From contig JACPHT010000006.1 of assembly GCA_016188475.1 (NCBI GenBank), positions 68,313 to 132,312 on the forward strand: 64,000 nt of DNA, given 5' to 3'. The notes beneath the pieces are model-generated. The model ran no database searches and was not told where the DNA came from. It saw only the letters and a list, made by a program, of their open reading frames with translations. Positions 20,355-30,963 of this stretch are shown here, piece by piece (position 1 is the first letter of the stretch; every line of letters starts with the position of its first letter). The translations under genes were made by a program, and so were the position numbers. Source of the stretch: Candidatus Uhrbacteria bacterium. GTDB taxonomy: Bacteria; Patescibacteriota; Patescibacteriia; UBA9934; GWF2-40-263.

Positions 20355-23036
20355 ATGTTACCAAACAATTTTACACTAAAATCTCAAGAAGCTTTGCAGC
20401 GAGCTCATAATATTGCTGTTGAAAGAGGCCAACAAGCTCTTGAGCCAATACATCTTTTAGCATCACTTCTCACTCAAGATGACGGAGTTATATCAGCGGT
20501 AATTGACAAAGTAACGCAAATGAAAGAAGAGCTTCAGCACGATGTTGATGAAATTTTGAATTCCCTTCCCTCATCAACAGAAGCAATGCCAAGTCATGGC
20601 GGAATGGCTCAAATTTATATGAGCCAACAAATGGCAAACGTCCTAGCAAGCGCTCATAAAATATCAAAACAATTCAAAGACGATTACATTTCAACAGAAC
20701 ATTTACTGCTTGGACTTTTATCAAACAAAGCGATTTCTCGTCTTCTTTCAAATTATCAAATAAATGAAGAAGCAGTGATGCGCGCATTAAAAGATATTCG
20801 AGGATCTCAACGTGTTGACACGCAAGAGCCAGAATCCAGATATCAAGTTTTGCAAAAGTATGGAATTGATTTAACTGAATCGGCTCGTTCAGGCGAGCTT
20901 GACCCAATTATTGGACGAGATAATGAAATCCGTCGCATCATGCAAGTTCTGTCTCGCAGAACAAAAAACAACCCAGTTCTTATTGGTGAAGCAGGAGTTG
21001 GAAAAACAGCGATTGTTGAAGGCCTCGCACAGAGAATTGTTTCTGGTGATGTTCCAGAATTATTAAAAGACAAATCAGTAATCATGCTTGACATAGGCGC
21101 AATGGTTGCTGGAACAAAATTCAGAGGCGAGTTTGAAGACCGTTTGAAAGCTGTGATAAAAGAAATTGAAAATTCTGATGGGAAAATTATTTTGTTTATC
21201 GATGAACTTCACACATTGGTCGGAACTGGAACAACAGAAGGCGGATCGCTTGATGCGTCCAATATGCTTAAACCAGCTCTTGCTCGAGGAAAATTACGAG
21301 CGGTTGGGGCAACAACTCTAAAAGAATACCAGAGATATATCGAAAAAGATCCAGCTCTTGAACGAAGATTTCAACCTGTGATTGTTGATGAACCTTCGAT
21401 TGACGACACAATCGCTATCTTGCGAGGAATAAAAGAAAAATACGAAGTCCATCACGGAGTTCGAATTTCGGATTCAGCAATTATTGCCGCGGCTCAACTT
21501 TCTGCTCGATATATCACAGAGCGTCATCTGCCAGACAAGGCTGTTGATTTAATTGACGAAGCCGCTTCAGCGCTTCGCATGCAAATTGATTCAATGCCGG
21601 AAGAGCTTGATGTTCTTAAGCGAGATATAATGCGTTTGGAAATTGAACAGCGAGCTCTTCAAAAAGAAGAAGACAAAGAATCAAAAAAACGATTGAAAGA
21701 AATTGAAAAGCAATTGGCTGATCTACAAGAGCAAGCCGGCGCTCTTGAAGGTCGTTGGAAAAATGAAAAAGAAAAAATTACAACTCTTCAAGAAATCAAA
21801 GCCAACATTGATCGTCTTCGCGCGCGTGCTGAAATGGAAGAGCGTAAAGGTGATTTGGAAAAAGTTGCGGAGATTCGTTATGCGAAAATTCCATCAGAAG
21901 AAAAGAGATTGAAAGACACAGAACAGCAACTTTCTAAAATTCAAAAAGAGCGCGGCTTGTTAAAAGAAGTAATAAACGAAGAAGATGTTGCGACTGTCGT
22001 TTCAAGATGGACACATATTCCTGTCTCAAAAATGCTTGAGTCCGAAATGGAGAAGCTTTCAAGAATGGAGGACGAGCTTTCAAGGCGTGTTGTTGGGCAA
22101 CAAGAGGCCATTAGCGCTGTTTCAAACGCTCTAAGGCGTTCTAGGGCTGGAATTGGCGAAGAAAGCCGTCCGATCGGATCTTTTATTTTTCTTGGACCAA
22201 CAGGTGTTGGAAAAACAGAGTTGGCACGAGCTTTGGCCTCATTCTTGTTTAATGATGAAACCTCGCTTATTCGTTTGGACATGTCTGAATACATGGAAAA
22301 ACACGGTACAGCAAAAATGATCGGTTCACCTCCCGGATATGTTGGATATGAAGAAGGCGGCCAGCTGACTGAAATGATTCGAAGAAAACCTTACAGTGTT
22401 GTCTTGTTCGATGAAATTGAAAAAGCACATCCTGATACATTCAATTTGCTTTTGCAGATTTTGGAAGATGGAAGACTTACTGACGCAAAGGGTCGTGTTG
22501 TGAATTTCAAAAACACAATTATTATCATGACAAGCAATATCGGCTCAGACATGATCTTGAGTTCTGGAACATCAAAAGAGCAAATGGGTTTTGAAACAGA
22601 CCGCTCCGAGACAAGTGAAGACGACGAAATGAAGAAACGAATCATGGGACTTTTGAAAGATCATTTCAGACCGGAATTTTTGAATCGTGTTGATGATATT
22701 ATTGTTTTCCATTCTCTATCACAAAAACAAATTGGAGAAATTATTGAACGACAATTGCAAATTGTTTTCCACCGTTTGCAAAAACAACGTTCAATAAATA
22801 TATCAATAACGTCTGGAGCAAAAGATCTTATTGCTGAGCGTGGATTTGATCCATCTTATGGCGCGAGACCTCTTAAGCGCGTAATCCAGTCTTTGATTTT
22901 AGATCCTCTTGCTCTTGAAATCGTAAAAGGAGAAATCCCAGAAGGATCAAATGTTTCAGTGTCTGTAAAAAATGACGGGATTCTCATTCAAAAAGAAATT
23001 AAAAAAGAAAGAAAACTGGTCAAAACCGCTGTTTAG
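20355..23036 (+). CDS. clpB: Chaperone ClpB
   Basis: Two AAA+ modules ([16 protein letters not shown]) and a long coiled-coil middle domain. Confidence 0.96.
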   Translation: MLPNNFTLKSQEALQRAHNIAVERGQQALEPIHLLASLLTQDDGVISAVIDKVTQMKEELQHDVDEILNSLPSSTEAMPSHGGMAQIYMSQQMANVLASAHKISKQFKDDYISTEHLLLGLLSNKAISRLLSNYQINEEAVMRALKDIRGSQRVDTQEPESRYQVLQKYGIDLTESARSGELDPIIGRDNEIRRIMQVLSRRTKNNPVLIGEAGVGKTAIVEGLAQRIVSGDVPELLKDKSVIMLDIGAMVAGTKFRGEFEDRLKAVIKEIENSDGKIILFIDELHTLVGTGTTEGGSLDASNMLKPALARGKLRAVGATTLKEYQRYIEKDPALERRFQPVIVDEPSIDDTIAILRGIKEKYEVHHGVRISDSAIIAAAQLSARYITERHLPDKAVDLIDEAASALRMQIDSMPEELDVLKRDIMRLEIEQRALQKEEDKESKKRLKEIEKQLADLQEQAGALEGRWKNEKEKITTLQEIKANIDRLRARAEMEERKGDLEKVAEIRYAKIPSEEKRLKDTEQQLSKIQKERGLLKEVINEEDVATVVSRWTHIPVSKMLESEMEKLSRMEDELSRRVVGQQEAISAVSNALRRSRAGIGEESRPIGSFIFLGPTGVGKTELARALASFLFNDETSLIRLDMSEYMEKHGTAKMIGSPPGYVGYEEGGQLTEMIRRKPYSVVLFDEIEKAHPDTFNLLLQILEDGRLTDAKGRVVNFKNTIIIMTSNIGSDMILSSGTSKEQMGFETDRSETSEDDEMKKRIMGLLKDHFRPEFLNRVDDIIVFHSLSQKQIGEIIERQLQIVFHRLQKQRSINISITSGAKDLIAERGFDPSYGARPLKRVIQSLILDPLALEIVKGEIPEGSNVSVSVKNDGILIQKEIKKERKLVKTAV

Positions 23037-23051
23037 AGATACAATGTAGTC

Positions 23052-24482
23052 ATGAGATCGCCGGATTTATTTAAGAAAAATATCGCTATTTTGTTTATTT
23101 TGAGCCTTGTTTCACCGCAGGGTGTTTTAGCTTCGCAAGATCATGTTTCAATTGAAATTGACCCGGATAATCTTGCTAGTGACGAACAAATGTTAGATGT
23201 GTTCGCTTCAACAAAACAAGAACTCGACTCATTGCTTTCCAGAGGTTCTCTTAATGCTATGAAATTTGCAGATGTTTCGGGAGTTCAAAAAAAAGCAACA
23301 GATATAATTTGGGATACCGCGCAAAAATTTTCTTTGAATCCTAGATTTATAACAGTGCTATTGCAACGAGAACAAAGTTTGATTGAGGATCAAAATCCGT
23401 CAGATGACCAGTTGAATTGGGCAATGGGATATGCAATTTGTGATTCATGCTCAAAATCAGATCCACTCTTGCAAAAATACAAAGGTTTTGCAAATCAAAT
23501 TTTTTTTGCCGCAAAACGAATTCGCGAATCATATCTTTCTGATCTTGAACAGCGCGGATATACAGAAAGCGGAGTTGGTCCAGGGAAAAAAATTATTATT
23601 GATGGAGTCGGAGTAACACCGCAAAATTTCGCGACATCGGTTTTGTATACATATACTCCGCACTTGAATGGAAATCAGAATTTTGTTCGAATATGGAATA
23701 GATGGTTTAACAATCGATACTTTGACGGTTCATTGCTTCAAGACAAAACAACCGGTGGAATATGGCTCATTCAAAATAACTTACGAAGACCAATCGCTTC
23801 AAAAGCGGCATTCGCGTCACGGTTTAGTCAAAACAATATTGTTCAAGTCGGACCAAGCTTGCTTGAATTGTATGAAATCGGAGCCCCAATTATATTTCCA
23901 AACTATTCTCTTTTAAGATCTCCGCGAGGAACTGTTTATCTGATAGTTGACGATGAACGCCGCGGATTCAAATCACAAGAAGCATATCGCGCGCTTGGGT
24001 TTTCTCCAGATGAAATCGTAGATGTAACTTGGCAAGATTTGGATTCTTACAAGGAAGGTGAACCAATCGATACACAAGCTGTTTATCCTCAAGGTACACT
24101 TTTACAAAACAACAAAACTGGAGGCGTATTCTTTATTCAAGATGGAGTTAAACATCCAATCATGTCAAAAGAAATTTATCTTGCGAACTTTCCATCTTCT
24201 AAAGTTACACCAGTTAATCCAACCGATCTTGATGCGTACGAAACAGGAGACGCGTTGTTATTTCCAGATGGAACATTGGTCGCAACTCGAGAATCGCCTG
24301 AAATTTTTTTAATTTCTGACGGAGCAAGGCACCACATTGAGGATGAAGCAACATTTATTACGTTCGGATGGAGATGGAATCAAGTGGTCTGGACAAATGA
24401 AAGATCAATTTTGCTGCATCCGTTATCAAATCCTATAAGTACTTCAATCGTGGATTCTGACATCTCATTAGCAACCCAATAA
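23052..24482 (+). CDS. Secreted hypothetical protein with four ~60-aa C-terminal repeats
   Basis: Signal peptide; LQREQSLI, AMGYAIC, LYTYTPH; repeats of G(S/T)LL...(V/I)(Y/F)LI..G.(R/K). Confidence 0.8.
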   Translation: MRSPDLFKKNIAILFILSLVSPQGVLASQDHVSIEIDPDNLASDEQMLDVFASTKQELDSLLSRGSLNAMKFADVSGVQKKATDIIWDTAQKFSLNPRFITVLLQREQSLIEDQNPSDDQLNWAMGYAICDSCSKSDPLLQKYKGFANQIFFAAKRIRESYLSDLEQRGYTESGVGPGKKIIIDGVGVTPQNFATSVLYTYTPHLNGNQNFVRIWNRWFNNRYFDGSLLQDKTTGGIWLIQNNLRRPIASKAAFASRFSQNNIVQVGPSLLELYEIGAPIIFPNYSLLRSPRGTVYLIVDDERRGFKSQEAYRALGFSPDEIVDVTWQDLDSYKEGEPIDTQAVYPQGTLLQNNKTGGVFFIQDGVKHPIMSKEIYLANFPSSKVTPVNPTDLDAYETGDALLFPDGTLVATRESPEIFLISDGARHHIEDEATFITFGWRWNQVVWTNERSILLHPLSNPISTSIVDSDISLATQ

Positions 24483-24484
24483 GT

Positions 24485-25273
24485 ATGATTTGTTTTGCGG
24501 CTTTCACACCACATTCCCCTCTTCTCATTGATTCAATCGGAAAAGAAAATATAAAAAAATTGACTCAAACAAAAGAGGCGATGAATAAATTGTCAGATGC
24601 TTTGAAATTGAGTCGTCCTGATATTATTTTATTTGTTTCATCTCATAGCTACATGCACGAAAACGCGTTCACTTTGAATCTTCACGACGAGTACATTATT
24701 GAGTTCAATGAATTTGGTGACCTTTCCACGTCAACGGAATTCACGCCTGATCTCGAGCTTATTTCAGCAATACAAAGCGAAGCCAGAAAACAATCATTTC
24801 CTATTGTTGTTGAATCACACTCCTCACTTGATTATGGATGCGGTGTTCCCCTTTTTCTATTAAGCAAAGGAATTAAACCGCGCCTTGTTCCAGTTTCGTA
24901 TAGCGGAGTAGATCGTAAACAACATGTTATTTTTGGACGTCTACTAAACGAAGTCGTGCAACAAAGCCACAAGAGAATCGCTGTTATTGCTTCTGGCGAC
25001 TTGTCTCACAGTCTTTCAAGCGATGCTCCTATGGGATTTCATCCCGAAGGAAAGGAATTTGACGAGATGATGATTCATGCCGTTGAACAAAAATCAATTT
25101 CAAAATTACTTTCGTTCGATGAAAACAGTATTGAAAAAGCATCTGAGTGCGCTTTGAGACCAATGTTGATTCTTTTTGGAATAATCGACAAACTTAAGGT
25201 TCGCACTGAAAATCTATCTTATGAAGCTCCGTTTGGAGTCGGATATTTGGTAGTACAGTTTCATATTTTATGA
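24485..25273 (+). CDS. MEMO1/AmmeMemoRadiSam protein B (LigB-like fold)
   Basis: PHSPLL, LDYG, IASGDLSH, SECALRP, YEAPFGVGY. Confidence 0.85.
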   Translation: MICFAAFTPHSPLLIDSIGKENIKKLTQTKEAMNKLSDALKLSRPDIILFVSSHSYMHENAFTLNLHDEYIIEFNEFGDLSTSTEFTPDLELISAIQSEARKQSFPIVVESHSSLDYGCGVPLFLLSKGIKPRLVPVSYSGVDRKQHVIFGRLLNEVVQQSHKRIAVIASGDLSHSLSSDAPMGFHPEGKEFDEMMIHAVEQKSISKLLSFDENSIEKASECALRPMLILFGIIDKLKVRTENLSYEAPFGVGYLVVQFHIL

Positions 25274-27075
25274 TAGCTGAAGTTTATCCACTTCGTCGGA
25301 TGCCGCGAAGATTTGGCCATTTTGATTATTTTGTTTCTGACAAAATATCACTTGAGCGCGGACAATTTGTTTTAATTCCATTTAGATCAACCACATGCGT
25401 TGGTGTTGTAAAACGCCTTAAAGAACAACAATTAAGAGGGATCGCTTTGAAGGATGTATTATCTATTTTAGATGGAATAAAATTAAGAGATGAAGAGCTT
25501 TCGTTTATTGAAACAGTTGCAAAAACGATTTTTCAGTCGGCTTCCACCTTACTTTTTTCAGCGTTTCCTCAACCTTCAAAATATTCACACAAACAATCAA
25601 ACAACATTGCACACGCAACACCGTTAACAGTTCCGAGCATCGAAAGTTCAACTATTGTGAGATTGGCAAACGCAATGACAGAAAGACGGATCGGCTTTAT
25701 TCAAGCTTTTGATCTTAGACGAACCAGCGCGATCATAGCCAAATTTTTATATGATCGTCCGAAACAAAAAGTCGTTATTTTATGTCCAAATGTTCGAGAC
25801 GCGAGGATTGTAGCAAAATTTCTTGAATCTTTTTCTCCATTTTGCGTTACCGGTGAAGAATCAAACAACGAAAGATTTTCAACGTGGAAATTATATAGGA
25901 AAAAAACAAACGGTCTGCTTATCACAACGCGTGTTGGGATATTTTTTTGTGATTCTTCGACGACAACGGTTGTTGTCGTTCGATCCGGCCATCAAAATCA
26001 CGTTGAACACAGACGTAATCCGCGAATCGATGCAAGAGAAATTGCATATTTATTTTCGCAAAATTTTTCAACGCAATTATTTTTTTTCGACGTTGTGCCT
26101 AGAGTAGATGATCTAATTCGATTTAAGGAAGAAAACATACTTCTGTATAATTCAAATACTGAAATTAAATTTGTGCGTCCATCAACGGAAAAATCCGTAT
26201 CAGAACACAATATAATTGTCTCATCAACAACAAAGTCGATTTCAGAAACTATTGAACAACATGGTCGGGTTCTTATTATCTTAAACAAAAAAGGTTATGC
26301 ATGGAGACTGCGTTGCGGAAATTGTGGGTATGTGTTTGTGTGCTCAAAGTGTGGCCATCTAGTACGTGTTGATGAACAAATATTGACGTGCATTCATTGC
26401 GGCACAATTGATCCTGTTCCATTACGTTGCCCGTCTTGTAACTCTTCAAAAATTGAATTTCGTGGTTTTGGAAGCGGTCGACTTGTTGAGATTTTAAAAA
26501 AATGCTTTCCAAAAACTTCAATTCAAGTCATTGATGCAGAAAAAAAGAATTTTGATCCTGGAACGGATATCACCCTTGCAACTCGAGCTTTTATTGAAAA
26601 TCTATTTGATCCTTCACAAAATAACATGTTTCAATGCGTAGTGTATCTAGACGCCGACCTCCCGTTATTTTCTCCAAATTTTCGAAGCGCTGAACAAGCT
26701 TCAATTTATTTTTATGAGTGGTTCGGATTAGCGCGAGCTAATCACGCGAAATATATCGTCCAAACAGAAGAACAAGATTTTTTTGAACAATATCTTTTCG
26801 AGCCCATTAAAATGTTGGGAGAAGAAAAAACGAGAAGATTAAAATTCCAACAACCGCCGTTTGAGTATTGGGTGCAAATAAAGCTCCGCGAAACAGAAGA
26901 AAGAAAACGTGAATTGCAATTAGATTTATTAAGACAACAACTAGAACGAATCCAATGCGTGCGAGTGACGCATGATTTTGTTGTAAGAGTTCCGTTTTCT
27001 CGAATAAAAGAAGTCCAGAAAATACTTGCGGATTTAAATGATCATTTTCTTATTGACACAAATGCTTTTTTGTGA
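25270..27075 (+). CDS. priA: Primosomal protein PriA with degenerate helicase motifs
   Basis: FDY...VLIPF 3'-binding domain; NKKGY followed by four CxxC pairs; precedes def-fmt. Confidence 0.8.
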   Translation: MIAEVYPLRRMPRRFGHFDYFVSDKISLERGQFVLIPFRSTTCVGVVKRLKEQQLRGIALKDVLSILDGIKLRDEELSFIETVAKTIFQSASTLLFSAFPQPSKYSHKQSNNIAHATPLTVPSIESSTIVRLANAMTERRIGFIQAFDLRRTSAIIAKFLYDRPKQKVVILCPNVRDARIVAKFLESFSPFCVTGEESNNERFSTWKLYRKKTNGLLITTRVGIFFCDSSTTTVVVVRSGHQNHVEHRRNPRIDAREIAYLFSQNFSTQLFFFDVVPRVDDLIRFKEENILLYNSNTEIKFVRPSTEKSVSEHNIIVSSTTKSISETIEQHGRVLIILNKKGYAWRLRCGNCGYVFVCSKCGHLVRVDEQILTCIHCGTIDPVPLRCPSCNSSKIEFRGFGSGRLVEILKKCFPKTSIQVIDAEKKNFDPGTDITLATRAFIENLFDPSQNNMFQCVVYLDADLPLFSPNFRSAEQASIYFYEWFGLARANHAKYIVQTEEQDFFEQYLFEPIKMLGEEKTRRLKFQQPPFEYWVQIKLRETEERKRELQLDLLRQQLERIQCVRVTHDFVVRVPFSRIKEVQKILADLNDHFLIDTNAFL

Positions 27076-27092
27076 CAAAATTGATTACCACT

Positions 27093-27563
27093 ATGAAAAT
27101 GCGTGTTTTAACTCATCCAAACAAAGCACTTCACGAAAAATCTAAGATTGTTGAAGCTGATCAAATTAAAAGTGAAACCACTTTATCGCTTGTTAATGAT
27201 CTTAAGGAAACGATGATTGAAGAAAACGGTGTCGGGATTGCGGCGCCTCAAATTGGTGTTCAAAAACAAATAATAATTATCGAAACAGAAGCCGGCCCAC
27301 AGGCATTCTTTAACCCGACAATCATACGACATTCAATTCGTAAAATTGAAAGTGAAGAAGGATGTTTGTCAGTTCCAGGAGTTTTTGGAATCGTTCGAAG
27401 ATATAGAAATATCACGGTACAAGCACTTGACGAACAAGCTCGTGTTGTCACAATCAAACTTGGCGCTTTTCCTGCGATTGTGTTTCAACACGAAATTGAT
27501 CACTTAAACGGTATTCTTTTCATTGAAAAGGTTGAAAAATTTACCGATCATAAAAATATATAA
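27093..27563 (+). CDS. def: Peptide deformylase
   Basis: GVGIAAPQIG, EGCLSVPG, QHEIDHLNG. Confidence 0.97.
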   Translation: MKMRVLTHPNKALHEKSKIVEADQIKSETTLSLVNDLKETMIEENGVGIAAPQIGVQKQIIIIETEAGPQAFFNPTIIRHSIRKIESEEGCLSVPGVFGIVRRYRNITVQALDEQARVVTIKLGAFPAIVFQHEIDHLNGILFIEKVEKFTDHKNI

Positions 27564-27565
27564 AC

Positions 27566-28507
27566 ATGAAGATCGTTTTTTTTGGCACACCATCCTTTGC
27601 GATTCCATTTTTAAAAGCTCTCATAAGCGAGAATGGTTTTGAGGTTATTGGTGTTGTCACTCAACCAGACAAACCTTCAGGACGCGGCAAGAAAATCCTT
27701 TCGTCTGAAGTTAAACAATTCGCCGTACAAAAAGGAATAGCTGTATTTCAATTTGCAAGTTTAAAAAAACCCGAAGCAGTTGAGGCACTTTCTTCATTGT
27801 GCGCTGACGTGTTTGTTGTTGTAGCTTACGGAAAAATTATTCCAAATCAAATTTTAAACATACCTCCTAAAGGTGTCGTTAACGTCCACCCTTCGATGTT
27901 GCCGAAATATAGAGGCCCTTCCCCGATGCAATGGGCAATTTTGAATGGGGATAAAAAAACTGGAATTTCAATAATGTTGTTAGATGAAGGAATGGATACC
28001 GGTCCGATACTCAAACAAACATCAATTGATTTATCCGAAAACGAGACAACAAAATCACTGGAAACAAAAATACACTCTGTTGGACCAAAATTTTTGTGTG
28101 AAGTTTTGAAATCGTACGAAAAAGGAAATTGTGCTCCATTCAAACAAAAAAAAGATGGCGCAAGCGGAACTCGACTTTTAACAAAAGAAGACGGACAAAT
28201 AAATTGGGACACTGACGCAAAAAGCATTGAAAGAATAATTCGAGCTTATACCGAATGGCCAACAGCTTGGTCAAAAATTAAGATAAATAACAAAACAACA
28301 AGACTAAAAATTTTGCAAGCAAAAGTCGTTCAAAAGAATTTTAATAAACCAAACGGAACATTGATCGAAGATGGAGGAAAACTTTTTATCGCTGTCAATT
28401 CAGAAGCTTTAGAACTCATGACTCTTCAGCCTGAAGGGAAATCACAGATGCCGGTGCAGGCATTTCTTGCTGGACGGAAAGATTGGATTGGTAAGATTTT
28501 TGAGTAG
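27566..28507 (+). CDS. fmt: Methionyl-tRNA formyltransferase
   Basis: FFGTPSFA, VTQPD, NVHPSMLPKYRG, MDTG. Confidence 0.97.
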   Translation: MKIVFFGTPSFAIPFLKALISENGFEVIGVVTQPDKPSGRGKKILSSEVKQFAVQKGIAVFQFASLKKPEAVEALSSLCADVFVVVAYGKIIPNQILNIPPKGVVNVHPSMLPKYRGPSPMQWAILNGDKKTGISIMLLDEGMDTGPILKQTSIDLSENETTKSLETKIHSVGPKFLCEVLKSYEKGNCAPFKQKKDGASGTRLLTKEDGQINWDTDAKSIERIIRAYTEWPTAWSKIKINNKTTRLKILQAKVVQKNFNKPNGTLIEDGGKLFIAVNSEALELMTLQPEGKSQMPVQAFLAGRKDWIGKIFE

Positions 28508-29966
28508 CTAAAGATTCAAATTCTTTTGGAACAAAGATCATCGTAAAAAGAATGAACCCCAAACCGATTGGATGATTTAGATACGGAGAAAATATGTGGG
28601 TTGCAAAGAGAAATACAAGACCACAAATCAGCCCAATTGAGATCCAAGAGTGTTCAGATTTCAAAAGCGTCATAAGGCGCTTGTTTATATATAAGAACAA
28701 AAACAAAAATCCAATAGGACCAAGTACTCCCATTTTCAACCACAACTCCAACCAGCCCCATTCCATAGCGTAAGTTGACCATTTTCCATCTACTTGAATT
28801 TCTCTTGCTCTTGGATCGTCAGTCTCAAAAGTTACCTCTTTGCCAAAACCATTTCCTATTATTGGATTTGATGAAATAGTTTGTATCATTGGGTCAACCA
28901 GTTTCCAACGACTTGAAATTGCCACGTCATCATTTTGTGTAAAACGTTTTACAAATAAATCAGATAAATCATGCCCTCCTACGCGTTGAGTTGGAAATGG
29001 AAATAAGACAATGATTGCAATAAAAAATAATGATAAAATTACGGAACTCAAAAAACAAATCAAACACAATTTCAATTTTATAACTTTCTTATTATCTCGA
29101 TGCAAGATAGTTACAAGAACAATAAGCGCAAAAATTATTCCTATCCAAAAACTTCTAGACAAACTTAAAATAAGAGTCGCAAACACCGCACTTAATAAAA
29201 CAACAGCTTGAACAGTTTCTCGTTTAGACTTTATGGAAGAAATCAACGCAAGAATGAATGTTCCAAAAACCAATGAAAAAAATTGAGTTTGAATAAAAAC
29301 ACGATAAATAGATGACCCGAGATTTGTAATTTCGGCTAATCGCACATCTCTTAAAAAAATGTAAGCCGTTTTAATTAACGTCTCTGAAACGTGTGTAAAA
29401 AAATAAAGAATAAAAAATGACAATAAGATATTCCACACTGCTCCGGCCGCGAAAACTTGAAGAAATTGCCCTTTTGATTTTTGGTTCCAATTGATTGAAA
29501 AAATTGGAAATGCGTAAAGCAAATAAAAATACGCGTTCCCGTCCTTAAAAACATTTAGCGCTTCATTCGAAATAAAACCTTTAACGAATCCGATTGATAT
29601 TGCAATCGCTAAAATCAAAAATGCAAAAATATCTTTCGATCTAACCAATGGTTTTCGTTTTGTTTTGATCAAATAAATTAAATAACCAATAAAAAAACCA
29701 ACAAAAACAGACATCCTTAGAGAAACGTTAAATGAAAATATTTCTGTTGATATTAGTTGCCCATGAGGGCCTGAAAAAAGTTCCAAAAAAACACCAAGAA
29801 GACCAAAAACTGGATTATATGCTGTAAAAAAAATCATGATCAAAACAATGAGAACCAAAAAGATGTCTGATCCTCCAACGAAATACGAAAGTAATGAAGT
29901 CAAAAACAAAACAAACAAAACGCAAAGCGACAAATAGAAAGTTTTGCCAAAGAATTGATCAATCAT
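28416..29966 (-). CDS. O-antigen ligase/Wzy-like membrane protein
   Basis: Multi-TM; SLSRSFWIG, PIIGNGFG; end of the glycosyltransferase cluster. Confidence 0.8.
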   Translation of the reverse strand: MIDQFFGKTFYLSLCVLFVLFLTSLLSYFVGGSDIFLVLIVLIMIFFTAYNPVFGLLGVFLELFSGPHGQLISTEIFSFNVSLRMSVFVGFFIGYLIYLIKTKRKPLVRSKDIFAFLILAIAISIGFVKGFISNEALNVFKDGNAYFYLLYAFPIFSINWNQKSKGQFLQVFAAGAVWNILLSFFILYFFTHVSETLIKTAYIFLRDVRLAEITNLGSSIYRVFIQTQFFSLVFGTFILALISSIKSKRETVQAVVLLSAVFATLILSLSRSFWIGIIFALIVLVTILHRDNKKVIKLKLCLICFLSSVILSLFFIAIIVLFPFPTQRVGGHDLSDLFVKRFTQNDDVAISSRWKLVDPMIQTISSNPIIGNGFGKEVTFETDDPRAREIQVDGKWSTYAMEWGWLELWLKMGVLGPIGFLFLFLYINKRLMTLLKSEHSWISIGLICGLVFLFATHIFSPYLNHPIGLGFILFTMIFVPKEFESLATQKSYQSNLSVQQEMPAPASVISLQAEES

Positions 29967-29976
29967 ACAATTCAGT

Positions 29977-30057
29977 TAAATCAGTTGTCGTGCTATGTCT
30001 CCGGGCCAGCGGACTCTTCGCCGCTGTTCTCTACGACATAGCACGACAACTGATTTA
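29977..30057. repeat. Hairpin element family A, copy 2
   Basis: Perfect 23-bp arms taaatcagttgtcgtgctatgtc and gacatagcacgacaactgattta; loop homologous to copy 1. Confidence 0.85.
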
Positions 30058-30072
30058 GAAATCTTATTAGTA

Positions 30073-30918
30073 TCACATTGGTTTTAATAATGAAGCAATC
30101 ACACTGAATATCCAAAAAACTGGCTCTAGCAAAGTAAAGATTGAACCTATTACAATTCCAAAATGTTTACGCACGTACCTTCTAACGCTTCTGCGAAACA
30201 TGTTTTGTTTTTTTAGAGTTCCAACTCGATCAAAACTGCTTCCCTTTTTATGCTTTGCTTCAATATTTGCAAAATAGTGAACACGAAATCCAGAATTTTT
30301 CGCGCGTTTGCAATAATCAACTTCTTCGTACCACATAAAAAAATCATCATCCAGAAGGCCAATTCGATTGATCAAGGATCTTTTTATGCAAAAAAACGCA
30401 CCCATTACCTGATCAACATCAGCATCTCTTGAATAATCAAAATCATCCATTCGCCAGTTTGAAACTACTCGAACCGATGGAATTAAATGGTGAACTTTAA
30501 ACAAAAGAGCCAGTTGATTAGTTGGTGTTGGAAAACGCCACACGCATTTTTGTTGTGTCCCGTCAAAATTTTTCAGTGAAACACCACCGATGCCGATATC
30601 GGTTTCTTTGTCCATGGCATCTCTTAATTTATAAATTGAATCTTGAGTAAAAATAATGTCAGGATTTATTAAGACGATATAATCACCGTGCGCAGATTTA
30701 ATTCCTAAATTACATCCGCCGGCAAAACCAAGATTCACATTACTATAAATTATTCGAACACATGGAAAACGCATTGCGATTTTTGAGAGATCATCCCCGG
30801 AATTGTTTTCAACAACAATTACTTCAATATCATCTTTTGTGTGATTTGCAAAAAGACTTTCGAGCATGCGTTCGAGATAATCTGCTGTTTTATAATTGAC
30901 GGTAATTGTCGAGATCAT
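30073..30918 (-). CDS. GT2 glycosyltransferase (rhamnosyltransferase-like)
   Basis: NLGFAGGCN, LINPD, FFMWYEEVDYC. Confidence 0.9.
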   Translation of the reverse strand: MISTITVNYKTADYLERMLESLFANHTKDDIEVIVVENNSGDDLSKIAMRFPCVRIIYSNVNLGFAGGCNLGIKSAHGDYIVLINPDIIFTQDSIYKLRDAMDKETDIGIGGVSLKNFDGTQQKCVWRFPTPTNQLALLFKVHHLIPSVRVVSNWRMDDFDYSRDADVDQVMGAFFCIKRSLINRIGLLDDDFFMWYEEVDYCKRAKNSGFRVHYFANIEAKHKKGSSFDRVGTLKKQNMFRRSVRRYVRKHFGIVIGSIFTLLEPVFWIFSVIASLLKPM

Positions 30919-30927
30919 AATTCAGAC

Positions 30928-30963
30928 ATTTCACTTAACTACCGATCGGTAGTTAAGTGAAAT
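30928..30963. repeat. 36-bp palindrome family C, copy 2 (supplies the stop codon of the upstream GT2 gene)
   Basis: atttcacttaactaccga|tcggtagttaagtgaaat. Confidence 0.9.

Noticed and set aside
28416-28507. 92-bp convergent overlap of fmt and the O-antigen ligase gene
   Set aside because: The overlapping ligase tail is low-information; this is likely stop-codon drift in a compact genome.
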